This document shows positions 20,960 to 31,200 of a DNA stretch of 64,000 nucleotides, one piece after another. The position numbers and the translations under genes are program-made. Every line of letters starts with the position of its first letter. Positions within the stretch are counted from its first letter, which is position 1. The notes beneath the pieces were generated by a model. The model had not been told where the DNA came from. It saw only the letters and a program-made list of their open reading frames with translations, and did no database searches. The stretch comes from Alphaproteobacteria bacterium. Its GTDB lineage: Bacteria; Pseudomonadota; Alphaproteobacteria; SP197. The DNA is taken from positions 864,001 to 928,000 of the forward strand of contig OZ219747.1 in assembly GCA_964291265.2 (NCBI GenBank), in the 5' to 3' direction.

Positions 20960-22483
20960 TCAGTCGAGTTCGCCTGCGACCAGTTCGGCAAGGGCGCCGC
21001 CGCGCACCATCGCCGAGACCGCTTCGATGTCCGGCGCCATCTCGCGGTCCTCGTCCCAGAAGGGCACCCGTTGCCGGACCATCTCGTGCGCCCGCGCCAA
21101 GGTCTTCGAGGTGCGGAGCGGCCGGCGGAAATCGATCCCCTGGGCCGCTGCCAGCAGTTCGATGGCGATGATGTCGGCGAGGTTGTCGTTCATGTCGGCG
21201 AGCCGCCGGGCCGCATGGGTCGCCATGGACACGTGATCCTCCTGGTTGGCCGAGGTCGGCAGGCTGTCGATGGAGGCTGGCACCGCCTGATGCTTGTTCT
21301 CGGCGGCAAGAGCGGCAGCGGTGACATGGGCAATCATGAAGCCCGAGTTGACGCCGCTGTCCTCGACCAGAAAGGACGGCAGCGAGCTCATGCTCCCGTT
21401 GGTGAGCAGCGCGGTGCGACGTTCGGACATCGATCCGATCTCGGAGAGCACCAGGGCTAGAATGTCGGCGGCCATGGCCACCGGCTGGGCATGGAAGTTC
21501 CCGCCTGAAAGCACGTCGCCTTCGTCGCAGAACACCAGCGGGTTGTCGGTCACCGCGTTGGCCTCGCGCAGCAGCACGTCGCCGACCGATCGCAGATGAT
21601 CGAGGCAGGCGCCCATGACCTGGGGCTGGCACCTCAGCGAATACGGGTCCTGTACCCGATCGCAGTCCTCGTGCGACCTGCGGATCTCGCTGCCGCTCAG
21701 GAGGCCATGGTAGACGGACGCGACCCTGGTCTGTCCCACCTGCCGGCGTGCCGCGGAAATGCGCGGATCGAAGGGAGTGTCGGAACCGAGCGACGCATCG
21801 ACCGAGAGGGCGCCGGCGACCACGGCTGTGGCAAAGTTGCACTGCGCCCTGATCAAGCCATCGAGCGCCAGCGCCGCCGAGACCTGCGTCCCGTTGAGCA
21901 GCGCCAGGCCTTCCTTGGCGGCAAACGCCAGGGGCTCGAGGCCGATCCGCCCGAGCGCCGCGGAGGCCGGCACCGTCTCGCCATCCATGCGCACCTCGCC
22001 GTAGCCCATGAGAACGGCGCTGAGGTGAGCCAGGGGAGCGAGGTCGCCGGACGCGCCAACCGATCCCTTGGCCGGAATGACGGGGAGCGCATCGTGGTTG
22101 TAGAGTCGGACCAGCGCCTCGATTGTCGTTCGCTGGCATCCGGAAAGGCCAAGGGCGAGCGCGTTGATCTTGAGCGCGAGAACCAGCCGCACGATGGGAT
22201 CGGGCAGGGGAGCGCCGGTTCCTGCCGCGTGGCTCAGGACGATGCGTCTTTGCAGGTCGTTGATGCGGTCGCGCGAGATCGCAGTCCGCGCGAGGCTGCC
22301 GAATCCGGTGTTGATGCCGTAGACCCGGGCGTCTCCCGCGGCAACATCGAGCACGAGCCTTGCAGAACGCTCGACTTCGGCCCAGGCCCGCTCGTCGACG
22401 GCCATGGCAAGCCCACCCGAGCGAAGGCGCTCGATGTCCGGGAGCATCAGCGCACCCGGCATCAGGGTCAGGGTCTCGGGCAT
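20960..22483 (-). CDS. hutH: Histidine ammonia-lyase
   Basis: VYGINTGFG, GSVGASGDLAPLAH (MIO-forming ASG), QDPYSLRCQPQV, GGNFH, SANQEDHVSM. Confidence 0.96.
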   Translation of the reverse strand: MPETLTLMPGALMLPDIERLRSGGLAMAVDERAWAEVERSARLVLDVAAGDARVYGINTGFGSLARTAISRDRINDLQRRIVLSHAAGTGAPLPDPIVRLVLALKINALALGLSGCQRTTIEALVRLYNHDALPVIPAKGSVGASGDLAPLAHLSAVLMGYGEVRMDGETVPASAALGRIGLEPLAFAAKEGLALLNGTQVSAALALDGLIRAQCNFATAVVAGALSVDASLGSDTPFDPRISAARRQVGQTRVASVYHGLLSGSEIRRSHEDCDRVQDPYSLRCQPQVMGACLDHLRSVGDVLLREANAVTDNPLVFCDEGDVLSGGNFHAQPVAMAADILALVLSEIGSMSERRTALLTNGSMSSLPSFLVEDSGVNSGFMIAHVTAAALAAENKHQAVPASIDSLPTSANQEDHVSMATHAARRLADMNDNLADIIAIELLAAAQGIDFRRPLRTSKTLARAHEMVRQRVPFWDEDREMAPDIEAVSAMVRGGALAELVAGELD

Positions 22484-22537
22484 GGGTTCCTCCTCGGGCT
22501 GCGGCAAGCGCCGTGTTCACGCCTGCGCCTCGATTCC

Positions 22538-22735
22538 ACTCGCTCATGGCGAAACGATCCCACCACAGGCAAGCTGCCGGACCACAATGATCCGGCGACC
22601 ACGCTCAGGTACACGCATCTTGCCGATGACACAGGTCACGGGCCGCTGAATTCCCTCTTTCGGTCCCGGGCGGGAGGGTCGGGGCATGCAGCGAAAGACG
22701 CGGTTGAGTGACCGTGCCATCGCCCGCCTTGCGGC
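22538..22735 (+). pseudogene. Relic of a tandem tyrosine-integrase junction
   Basis: GKLPDHNDPATTLRYTHLADD followed by MQRKTRLSDRAIARL. This mirrors GRLLGHNDPATTLKYTHLADG / MNRRKKLTDTLVRNL at 54940-55100. Confidence 0.7.
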
Positions 22736-22783
22736 GATGTCCGGCTCGATTGACAGGGCGCAGCCCGTCCCGCGACGGGCGCC

Positions 22784-22975
22784 TCAGGCGCCGCCACCTT
22801 TCGTCTCCTCGGGCGACATCGCCTCTCCCGCCAGCACCGGCGCGATGTCGGTCTGCGCGAAGCCGGCGCCCTTGAAGAGCAGGGGTTCGCCGACCGTTTC
22901 GGCGAGGGCGTAGACGAGGCAGTCGGCGAAATCCAGGCCGGCCGGATGGTGGCCCTTGCCGACGCGTCGCCGCAC
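22784..22975 (-). pseudogene. VapC (PIN) toxin C-terminal fragment
   Basis: GKGHHPAGLDFADCLVYALA...EPLLFKGAGFAQTDI; no N-terminal half and no antitoxin. Confidence 0.8.
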
Positions 22976-23040
22976 GGTGTCTGGCCGGCGAGACCGCAGT
23001 CCTGACGATGGCCGCCCGGTGGAGTTGAAGGCGCGGGCGG

Positions 23041-24183
23041 TCAGATCGGATCCATCAGCGAGATGGCCTCGGCCATGGCGATGGTCTCCAGCTGGTAGGC
23101 GAGGTCCGAGGCACTGTCGTCCTCGAGGACACTGAAGAACGCTACCACCGTCCCGCTGTCCGGATCAACGAAGAGAAACTGGCCGCCCCAGCCGCCGTGG
23201 CCGATCCAGCGGCCGTTGGTGCGCATCTGGTTGCCATAGGTGATGTGGTCGGCCGGTGGCGTGTAGCGCGGACCGGTCTGGGCACGGGTGGCCCTGATGA
23301 AGGCCTCGCTGCCGATCTTCTGGCCGCGGATGCCAAGGCCGCCGCGAACGAAGATGAGACCATAGCGCGCCAGGTCGCGGGCGCTCAGCGAAACGCCGCC
23401 GTTGAGGTTGGGTACGCCGTCGCGGTCGCACGACAGCCAGAGCGCGTCCTCGATGCCCGCACCCTCGACGATGTCGATGAAGTGATGCCTCAGCGGCCTG
23501 TTCTCCACCCTCTCCGCGACCCAGCCGACGACGTCGGTGTTCGCCGACTTGTACTGCGGTTCGCCTGAAGTGTTCGCGATATCATCGCTGGCAATGCCGC
23601 GAAGGAACGACCTGTTGGCGAGCTCTTCCCGGCCGCCAGCCGGGAGCCGCCAGCCCATGGCTATTCCATGGTCGGCGAGAGCCGTCGTCAGTGGATCGGA
23701 GTAGTCCTCCGCGTAGTCGTTGACGATGTTCATGTCCATGACGTCCTGGACCGTCGCCTCGGCGTAACCGCTGCCGATTTCCGGCAGGTGATCGCCGACG
23801 CGCGAGAGCATGTCGAGGCGTCCTTCCTCGACGAGGCGGCCGATCAGCAGGTTCATGGCCGTCTTCGAGATGGACATGACCGTGTGGGGACGATCGGGAC
23901 CGAAGTCGGGAGCGTAGGCTTCGAACACGAGCTCGTCGTGGCGCAGCACCACCATGGCGGAGAAGAAGGTCGTTCCCGTCAGACGGCGGACCTCGGGCAT
24001 GTCGCCGATTCGCCGGTCGATTCGCCGGTTGAGCGTCAGAACGTTCGGACTCCTGAGGAAGAAGCCGTAGCGCGTCAGTCGCCACAGATTGTGGAAGCCA
24101 TGGCGCCGGTGGCTGGAGGTGACCCATGCTTCCCGCTGGTCCGGGCCGACAACGAGATCGGGATTGGCCTTGACGGCGCTCAT
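23041..24183 (-). CDS. Serine hydrolase, beta-lactamase fold (NylB / 6-aminohexanoate-dimer hydrolase-like)
   Basis: MSISKT (SxxK), YKSANTD, SARDLARYG, HGGWGGQ. Confidence 0.88.
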   Translation of the reverse strand: MSAVKANPDLVVGPDQREAWVTSSHRRHGFHNLWRLTRYGFFLRSPNVLTLNRRIDRRIGDMPEVRRLTGTTFFSAMVVLRHDELVFEAYAPDFGPDRPHTVMSISKTAMNLLIGRLVEEGRLDMLSRVGDHLPEIGSGYAEATVQDVMDMNIVNDYAEDYSDPLTTALADHGIAMGWRLPAGGREELANRSFLRGIASDDIANTSGEPQYKSANTDVVGWVAERVENRPLRHHFIDIVEGAGIEDALWLSCDRDGVPNLNGGVSLSARDLARYGLIFVRGGLGIRGQKIGSEAFIRATRAQTGPRYTPPADHITYGNQMRTNGRWIGHGGWGGQFLFVDPDSGTVVAFFSVLEDDSASDLAYQLETIAMAEAISLMDPI

Positions 24184-25142
24184 CGAATGGCTCCTCTCGG
24201 GATCACTTCGTGGCCCGGTTTTTCCGGTTCGTCATCGATCATCTCCGCCGGAAAGCCGGGAGCGCGAACCGAGACGTCACAGGCATCCTCGAGCCTGCGG
24301 ATGATGTTGGGCGACCATTCCCTCGGGCCGTAGCGTGCCTCGCCATCCCGGAAGATCTCGACCAGCTTCGGCGCGATTTCGACAGGCACCCCGGCCCGTT
24401 CGGCGATCTGCTGGAAGATTCCGATATCCTTCGACACCAGGTCCATCGTGAAGTTGATGTCGCGGCTGCCGTTGAGGATCACCTGGCTTTCGGTCTCGTG
24501 CACGAACGAGTTGCCCGAGGAGATGCGGATTGCTTCGTAGGTGGTGGAGAGATCCATGCCGGCCATCTTGGAGGTGACCAGAGCTTCCGAGAGGGAGACG
24601 AGATTGGCCGTTGCCAGGTAGTTGGTGACCACCTTGAGAATGGATGCGGATCCCAGCGGGCCGGTGTGAAGGATGCGCCGCCCCATTGCCTTCAGCAGGG
24701 GCAGCATGCGCTCGAAGACACCACGTTCGCATCCGGCGAAGATGGCGATGTTGCCGGTCGCCGCCCTGTGACATCCACCGGAGACGGGACAATCGACCGC
24801 GTCTGCGCCCTCGGCCTCGACAAGCGCTCCGAGACGGCGGACCTCCGCTTCGTCGGTCGTGCTCATTTCCGCCCAGATGCTTCCCGCCCGAAGGCCGGCG
24901 AGAACCCCGTCCTCCGCCTCCATGACCCTGGCCGAGGCGGCAGGAGACGGCAGGCACGTGATCACCACGTCGCATGCACGGGCCATCGCTCGTGGGCTCT
25001 CCGCCCAGGCGGCGCCGTTCCCGAGGAAGGGGTGCGCCGCATCGAGGTCGAGATCCCTGACCACGAGCTCGAACCCGTTGCGCTGGAGGCTTCCCGCCAG
25101 CTTTCCTCCGACATTGCCCAATCCGATGAAACCGACCTTCAT
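24180..25142 (-). CDS. NAD(P)-dependent oxidoreductase, 3-hydroxyisobutyrate dehydrogenase family
   Basis: MKVGFIGLGNVG, DCPVSGG, KVVTNYL. Confidence 0.92.
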   Translation of the reverse strand: MKVGFIGLGNVGGKLAGSLQRNGFELVVRDLDLDAAHPFLGNGAAWAESPRAMARACDVVITCLPSPAASARVMEAEDGVLAGLRAGSIWAEMSTTDEAEVRRLGALVEAEGADAVDCPVSGGCHRAATGNIAIFAGCERGVFERMLPLLKAMGRRILHTGPLGSASILKVVTNYLATANLVSLSEALVTSKMAGMDLSTTYEAIRISSGNSFVHETESQVILNGSRDINFTMDLVSKDIGIFQQIAERAGVPVEIAPKLVEIFRDGEARYGPREWSPNIIRRLEDACDVSVRAPGFPAEMIDDEPEKPGHEVIPRGAIR

Positions 25143-25312
25143 GACAGGGAGCTCCGCGCCGCATTCGCGAAATCCTGCACCGCCGGCAGACCGGTGTCGA
25201 GACGACCTCCCTGCTGTCGTTCCCTTGCACCATTGCGGACCCGCCTCCCTTGACCGGCCGAGGAGCGGACCGCGACAATGGCCGCTGACATGAACGGCTC
25301 CGGAAGGGACCG

Positions 25313-26296
25313 GTGAGCGACGAACGCGACATCTTCTGGGACGAGCGGGACCTCCCCGGACCCACACGCGACCCGTCACGGCTCAAGCGCGACATGGACC
25401 GGTGGGGGTACTGCATGATTGCCGAGGCGGTGCCCGCCGACACGCTGCGGGTCATGCGTGAACGTCTCGAGGAGCTCGCCGAGACCGAGGCGGCAATGGG
25501 CGGCCATGTCTTTGCCGACCGGGTCAACGCCGCCGACAGCAACAACCAGTGGGTCCTCATGCTCGTCAACAAGGGAGAGGTCTTTCTGCGCACCGTCGAT
25601 CACCCCGACACCCGGCCGGTTCTCGAGCACCTTCTGGGCCCCGAGTACCTGCTGAGCGAGTCGTCCGCGCACCTCACCCGCCCGGGCAATCCGGCCATGG
25701 CGCTGCACACGGACCAGTGGTGGATGCCGCCTCCCGTGATGCCGGGAGAACATCATCGGCCTGCTGGCACGATCACCCGCGAGGGTGCGACTCAGGGACC
25801 CTTGAGGAAGGCGACGCAGGCGATCGCGGCGCCCATGGTCGCCCAGACCATGCTCTTCGTCTCGGATTTCACGGAAGCCAACGGCGCCACCCGCCTGGTG
25901 CCCGGGAGCCACATGACCGGCAGCCAGCCGGACCAGTCCGTGCCCCACGTGGTTCCCTCGGTCGCCGCAGAAGGACCTGCCGGAACGATCGCGATCTGGG
26001 AGGGCCGCACGTGGCACTCGGCGGGCCCCAATACCTCGAACGAGACGCGATACGGAATGCCGACGCTCTACGCCGCACCCCAGATGCGGACACTCATGAA
26101 CTTCACGCTCGGCACGCGATCCGGAATCGTCGATGACGCACCGGATCGCCTGCGCCGGCTGCTCGGGTTCAGGATATGGAGCGGTTACGGTTCGACCGGC
26201 GAAATGGGCGCCCTGTGGGCCCGTTCAGGCGACGCCATCGCCGCCGACATGGACGACAGCAGCACCGGTGAACCCGTTGCCGCCCATCCGGACTGA
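25313..26296 (+). CDS. Phytanoyl-CoA dioxygenase (PhyH) family Fe(II)/2OG oxygenase
   Basis: LHTDQ, DFTEANGATRLVPGSH, WHSAGPN...R. Confidence 0.9.
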   Translation: MSDERDIFWDERDLPGPTRDPSRLKRDMDRWGYCMIAEAVPADTLRVMRERLEELAETEAAMGGHVFADRVNAADSNNQWVLMLVNKGEVFLRTVDHPDTRPVLEHLLGPEYLLSESSAHLTRPGNPAMALHTDQWWMPPPVMPGEHHRPAGTITREGATQGPLRKATQAIAAPMVAQTMLFVSDFTEANGATRLVPGSHMTGSQPDQSVPHVVPSVAAEGPAGTIAIWEGRTWHSAGPNTSNETRYGMPTLYAAPQMRTLMNFTLGTRSGIVDDAPDRLRRLLGFRIWSGYGSTGEMGALWARSGDAIAADMDDSSTGEPVAAHPD

Positions 26297-26413
26297 TGCA
26301 GCGGCCCGGTGTTGGCCACAGGGCTGTGGGTGGATTCGCGTTCGTCGGTCCTTTCGTGTGCGACAGGTACGCCCCGGTCCTTTACACATGGACAGTCAAC
26401 GCAACGGACGAGA

Positions 26414-27175
26414 ATGATGCCGCAGTCCGCGCTGCAACCTGCCGAGGAACTGGGTCGCACGGCCCCCGACCTCTTTTGCGCCACCGTCTATTCCGGCGAG
26501 CGTACCATCGAGGCACCGGCCATCGATCTGCCGCCGGCCCTGCAGCCGAACACGCGGCTCCGGATGGATGGCCTCGAGTTCCTGTCGAAGATTCCTTCGG
26601 GTGTGATGCCCGTTGCCTTCTTTGATCCGCAGTACCGGGGAGTGCTGGACAAGCTGGCCTACGGCAACGAAGGCAAGCAGCGCGGCAAGAAACGGGCCGC
26701 ACTGGCGCAGATGCCGGAAGACGTCATAGGCCGTTTCATCCGTGGCATCGACCGGGCCCTGATCCCTTCCGGCCACCTGTTCCTGTGGGTGGACAAGTTC
26801 CATCTGTGCCAGGGAATCGAGCGATGGCTGGACGACACGAGTCTCGGCATCGTCGATCTTGTCACGTGGGACAAGGGCACGTTCGGCATGGGATATCGAA
26901 CGCGGCGGCGGGGCGAGTACTGCATCGTGCTGCAGCGCGAGCCCCGCAAGGCAAAGGGGGTATGGAAGACCCACAACATTCCCGATGTCGTTCGTGAGAA
27001 GATCACGCAGAAGAGCCATACCCATGCCAAGCCGGTGGATCTCCAGGGAGAACTGTTGTCCGCCGTCACCAACGAAGGCGACTACGTGATCGATCCGGCT
27101 GCCGGCTCGTTTTCCGTTCTGACCGCAGCCGTGAGCCGTGGCCGCACCTTCCTTGGCTGCGATTTGAACGGGTAG
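26414..27175 (+). CDS. Orphan amino-DNA methyltransferase (N6_N4_Mtase, beta order)
   Basis: FFDPQY catalytic motif, HAKPV, VIDPAAGSFS SAM-binding motif, FLGCDL. Start codon is uncertain. Confidence 0.85.
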   Translation: MMPQSALQPAEELGRTAPDLFCATVYSGERTIEAPAIDLPPALQPNTRLRMDGLEFLSKIPSGVMPVAFFDPQYRGVLDKLAYGNEGKQRGKKRAALAQMPEDVIGRFIRGIDRALIPSGHLFLWVDKFHLCQGIERWLDDTSLGIVDLVTWDKGTFGMGYRTRRRGEYCIVLQREPRKAKGVWKTHNIPDVVREKITQKSHTHAKPVDLQGELLSAVTNEGDYVIDPAAGSFSVLTAAVSRGRTFLGCDLNG

Positions 27176-27426
27176 GGGAACACGCCGCGAGACTCTCCGG
27201 TGAGATGAGCGCATCAACGCCCTCCCGTCAGCTGGCCCGGGGCTGATCACCGCACGCCCCCGGCCAACCGCGAGCGGCACGGCGCCCGCGCGATCAGCCG
27301 GACAATGCACATGTTTCGCAACTCGTGCTTCTTGTTCCGAGGATGTCAGGCCGCCCCGGGCCTTGCTTCCCTGTCGATGACATGCCGTAGCGTGCATCTT
27401 CAGACGTCCTGACCTCGGCTTCGATG

Positions 27427-27664
27427 TTTCGGGCGCAGTCGCCGGAGTGGGTCTCGACGTGTCCGATCCCGAACCACCTGCGCCGGACGACCCCTTCCTC
27501 GCGATGTCCGGGTCATCATCACCCCGTATGTTGGCGCCGGAACGGGCGAGACACGCGAAATGATGTGCGGTCTGGCAGCAACCAACCTCATCGAGAGCCT
27601 GGCCGGGCTCCGGCCTGCCGCAGTCGTCAACCAGATGGACCTTCAGTTGGCGCCGGACGCCTGA
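27427..27664 (+). pseudogene. C-terminal relic of a D-2-hydroxyacid dehydrogenase
   Basis: SGAVAGVGLDVSDPEPPAPDDPFL / VIITPYVGAGTGETREMM...VVN, with one frameshift. Confidence 0.7.
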
Positions 27665-27676
27665 AGGCCGTTGTCT

Positions 27677-28594
27677 TCAGCGTGACTCCGTCCGCGTCAC
27701 CGGTGGCGCCGTGTCATCACGTGAACGGTGCCTGCGGGGCAGGAAGGCCTGGAACGAGATGGCTGCCATGATGACGGCGCCGCCGATGATGGTGAGGAGG
27801 GTCGGGATCTCGTTGAGGAAGAGGAAGACCCAGAAGGGCGACAGGACCGATTCGACCATGGAGAGAACGGTCAGTTCCGCGGCGGGCAGGTGCCGTGCGG
27901 CAAGCGTGAAAAGGCCGTTGCACACGGCGCTGATGAAGATGCCCTGGGTCATGCACAGCGCCAGATCGTGGAACGAGATGAACAGGTGGTCGGCTGTCAG
28001 GGCTGCTGCCGCGCACGCTATCATGCCCGAGACGGCAACGGTCGGCACCATGTCCCGTCCCCGGCCAAAGCGGCAGGCGACGACATAGAACGAGGAGAGG
28101 AGGGCGCAGGACAGTGCCAGAAAATTGCCTTCCCAATTGCCACCGGCAAATCCTTCCCAGACCATGAGGGCGACACCCGACATGGCGATGGCCGATGCCA
28201 GGATGGTGCGTCGGCCCATCGGTTCACGCATCACGATCCAGGCGAGAGCGCCGACGATGAAGGGTGCGGCGGCAATCAGGAAACTGATGTTGGCAATGGT
28301 CGTGCGTTCCATTGCCATGATGAACGTGACGGCGGCGAATCCCAGACCGACGCCACCGACAACTCCGGGCCAGCCGATGGCCCTGAAAGCGCGCAGCGTG
28401 TTGAGGCGGTACCTGAAGACGACAAAGGACGTGATGGCCGAAGCAAGGCCAAGGCTGCGGTAGAACACGACCTCGAGAGCTCCGGCCTCCTCGATGAGAC
28501 GGAAGACGAGACCTGTCGTGCTCCAGCCGGCGGCAAGGGCGAGAGCGAGAATGACCCAGAGAAGACGGTTTTCTGACCGGAACCAGACCAGCAT
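27677..28594 (-). CDS. DMT/EamA family transporter
   Basis: About 10 TM segments in two EamA repeats; ESVLSPFWVFLFLNEIP. Confidence 0.92.
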   Translation of the reverse strand: MLVWFRSENRLLWVILALALAAGWSTTGLVFRLIEEAGALEVVFYRSLGLASAITSFVVFRYRLNTLRAFRAIGWPGVVGGVGLGFAAVTFIMAMERTTIANISFLIAAAPFIVGALAWIVMREPMGRRTILASAIAMSGVALMVWEGFAGGNWEGNFLALSCALLSSFYVVACRFGRGRDMVPTVAVSGMIACAAAALTADHLFISFHDLALCMTQGIFISAVCNGLFTLAARHLPAAELTVLSMVESVLSPFWVFLFLNEIPTLLTIIGGAVIMAAISFQAFLPRRHRSRDDTAPPVTRTESR

Positions 28595-29437
28595 GCCGCC
28601 GCACCTTCATGCCGATTGCGGATCCTTGCGAACATTCGGGAGGCAGTCCGCACGCCATCTCAAGGTCAAAAGCCCCCTGACGTCCAGATGCCTGGGCGAA
28701 AAAAGGGGAACTGTGTCGTGGCGAAGTGATCGGACAATGCGCGTGCCGTGGTCTGTGGTCATGCGGACCTGAATGAACATCCGCAACATCGGGCGTCGAG
28801 GACTGGCGCATCTGCACGGGGAAGGAGCGTTGCCGTCAGGCGCTCCGATGATCCGTGAAACGGATCGGAGACTGGCGGCATGAGCCTTTCAGTCAACAGG
28901 AGGTGCGCAAGGGTCAGCGTGCGGTCACAGGGTGACGATGATGAGGATGACGGCGGCGACTGCGCACATGTCCCGTGTCTCGCCCGCATGCGCTCGGTTG
29001 TTGATGCCCCTGTCACTGCGTGACCGAACGCTTCACGCGCAAGGCATGATGCAGTGGCGTTGCCGCTCATCCGCGAGGCGCGGGCGACCAGGCCGGAAAT
29101 CGCCGCCTGGCTCAACGAGCTCAGCCGCGACCGTGTTCCGCGGAGCGGCGGCCGGGCGGGACGGCTGCCGCCGGGCGAGTTGTCGCTCGGGCGGATGACA
29201 GCAGACGCCCGATGGCAGGGCCGTGCATCGGTGCGGACCGCGCAAGGCGTCCTGATGCTGAGAGAACGGGTGCATCCCGCGATCCGGACGATGCGCGCCT
29301 GCAACCGCGGAGCGGGCGTGCCTTCACCAGGGCGGTGAGCGCGCACATCCGTGCCAGGGTCTGGACCAGGATCGCTTATGTGGCGGATCGACAGGCGTCA
29401 CGGCATTGTGGGCGGCAGGTGCGAAGGAGTGCGACCC

Positions 29438-29638
29438 ATGGTCGAGAACGTCACGAACGATCTGCTTCTGGTGCGTCTCAAGCAGATTCAGGGCAAGCTC
29501 TCGGAGCATGATGAACGATTTTCCCGCATCGAGAGTGAGCTGCGCGCCATCAGGGCGCACTTGGCGGGTCTCGTCCAAAGCGATCTGACGCGGGCCGCGG
29601 CGCCAGGCGCACGCGAAGATTGGCCGGAAACATCGTGA
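29438..29638 (+). CDS. Small coiled-coil protein, probably 3'-truncated by the P450 segment
   Basis: AAGGAG RBS; MVENVTNDLLLVRLKQIQGKLSEHDERFSRIESELRAIRAHLAGL. Its tail overlaps the P450 3' end. Confidence 0.55.
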   Translation: MVENVTNDLLLVRLKQIQGKLSEHDERFSRIESELRAIRAHLAGLVQSDLTRAAAPGAREDWPETS

Positions 29639-30995
29639 AGGCGAGGCGCTCCTCGACGCCGCTTCCGGACGGGCGGATGTCGAAGTTTCGCACCAGCATG
29701 GCGAGCACCGTGCGGATCTGGGCAAGAGCGATGTTGCGGCCCGGACAGAGCCGCGGGCCAGCGCCGAACGGGAGGAAGGCGCGCGGGTCATGGGGTGAAG
29801 GCCTGTCCCCGGCAAGCCAGCGTTCAGGCTCGAAACGGCCGGCGTTGGCGAAATGATCCTCGCGGGTGGCTTCGCGGCGGACCAGCATCATGATCGTCGT
29901 GCCGCGGGGAACGTGGCAGCCCATGAGTTCGACGTCGCTGACCGGCTCCAGGACATGAAGGGGCGCCACTGGCTTGAGGCGCATGGATTCGTTGTTGAAG
30001 GCATCGATGAATGGAAGCTGTTTCGTCTGTTCCAGGGTTTCGATGGTGTGAGCCGGTGCGATGACCCTGTCGACTTCCAGGCGTGCCCGCTCGAAGTGCT
30101 CCGGATGCCGCAGGAAGTAGTGAACGGCCCAGCCGGTGGAATTGGCGGTCGTGTCCTCGCCGGCCAGCAACAGCGTTCCGGCGTTGGCAAGGATCTCCGC
30201 GTCGGTGAAGCCCGATCCCTCCTCCTCCACGGCAGCAAGAATGGCTTCGATGAAATTGGTCGGCTCCGGTTTCGCCGCCATGCGCTCCCTTGCGGTGCGG
30301 ACCATGGCGTTCACTTCCTCCTCGAGACCATCGAGTGCCCGGTCGAGCGCCCGGTCCGACGGCATCCGCAGATAGCGCCAGTAGGGAAAGGGTGCATTGA
30401 CGCGCCGATGTAGCACGGGGAACACCTTGTCGAGATGGCGCTGGATCACGGGCCCGGGGGTTTCCAGCGTGTTGGCGTCGATACCGAAGGCAAGGCTGAT
30501 GGTGACGTCGACCGTGAATCGCATGAGATCGCTGCAGAGATCGATTGCGTCGCCTCGATCGGCTGCCCGCTGCCAGCGCCGGCGCAGGCGTTCGGCCGTT
30601 GTGACAAGGCGCGGGAAGAAGTTCTCGAGATGTGCGCGGTTGAGAGCGGCGGCAACGATCCTGCGCTGACGCTTCCAGTCGTCTCCCTCGGCGGCAAAGA
30701 CGCCCCTCAATCTCATTTCCGTCGCCACCGATTCCAGCGCCCGCGTGCGCCGGAACGCCTGCGGGCGCTGGACGAGGAGTCTCTGGATCGTGGCCCGGTC
30801 CGACACCACGACGACATCGGAAGGCCCGAATCGGATTCTGAAGAGTGGACCGTAACGATCCGCCCATGTCTCGAGATCCAGATGCAGCCTCGAGAACCGG
30901 ATCTGGTGAAGGTTGCCGATGAGCGGGAGGCCTCCCGGTCCGGGGAGATCCCGGATGCCGGACGGTTGCGAGACGGTGTTGCTCATCTGCGTCAT
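29550..30995 (-). CDS. Cytochrome P450
   Basis: PGPGGLPLIGN, LAGEDTT (I helix), ESMR (ExxR), PERW, FGAGPRLCPG heme ligand; GGAGG RBS. Confidence 0.95.
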   Translation of the reverse strand: MTQMSNTVSQPSGIRDLPGPGGLPLIGNLHQIRFSRLHLDLETWADRYGPLFRIRFGPSDVVVVSDRATIQRLLVQRPQAFRRTRALESVATEMRLRGVFAAEGDDWKRQRRIVAAALNRAHLENFFPRLVTTAERLRRRWQRAADRGDAIDLCSDLMRFTVDVTISLAFGIDANTLETPGPVIQRHLDKVFPVLHRRVNAPFPYWRYLRMPSDRALDRALDGLEEEVNAMVRTARERMAAKPEPTNFIEAILAAVEEEGSGFTDAEILANAGTLLLAGEDTTANSTGWAVHYFLRHPEHFERARLEVDRVIAPAHTIETLEQTKQLPFIDAFNNESMRLKPVAPLHVLEPVSDVELMGCHVPRGTTIMMLVRREATREDHFANAGRFEPERWLAGDRPSPHDPRAFLPFGAGPRLCPGRNIALAQIRTVLAMLVRNFDIRPSGSGVEERLAFTMFPANLRVRLAPRPASDRFGRDPPSAP

Positions 30996-31200
30996 GGCGA
31001 CCTCCTGCGTGCGAAGAACAAGGTGTCGAGTGCCGGCAGCAACAGCACTGCCTCCGCCATGCTGACGACGAACATGAACGTCAGGATGGCGCTTACCATG
31101 TCGGCCTGGAACCGGAGCGGTGCGAAGATTGAGGTCGCCACGCCCGTGGCGAGCGTGAACCCCGTGAACATGACGCCGCTTCCCGATGTGGCAGGAGTCC
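30992..31200 (-). pseudogene. C-terminal fragment of an MMPL/RND-family transporter
   Basis: GSGVMFTGFTLATGVATSIFAPLRFQADM...LTFMF...AVLLLPAL; ATGA-coupled to the P450 start. Confidence 0.65.

Noticed and set aside
29054-29338. LPLIREAR...EIAAWLNE resembling a serine recombinase C-terminus
   Set aside because: Similarity is too short to distinguish from chance.
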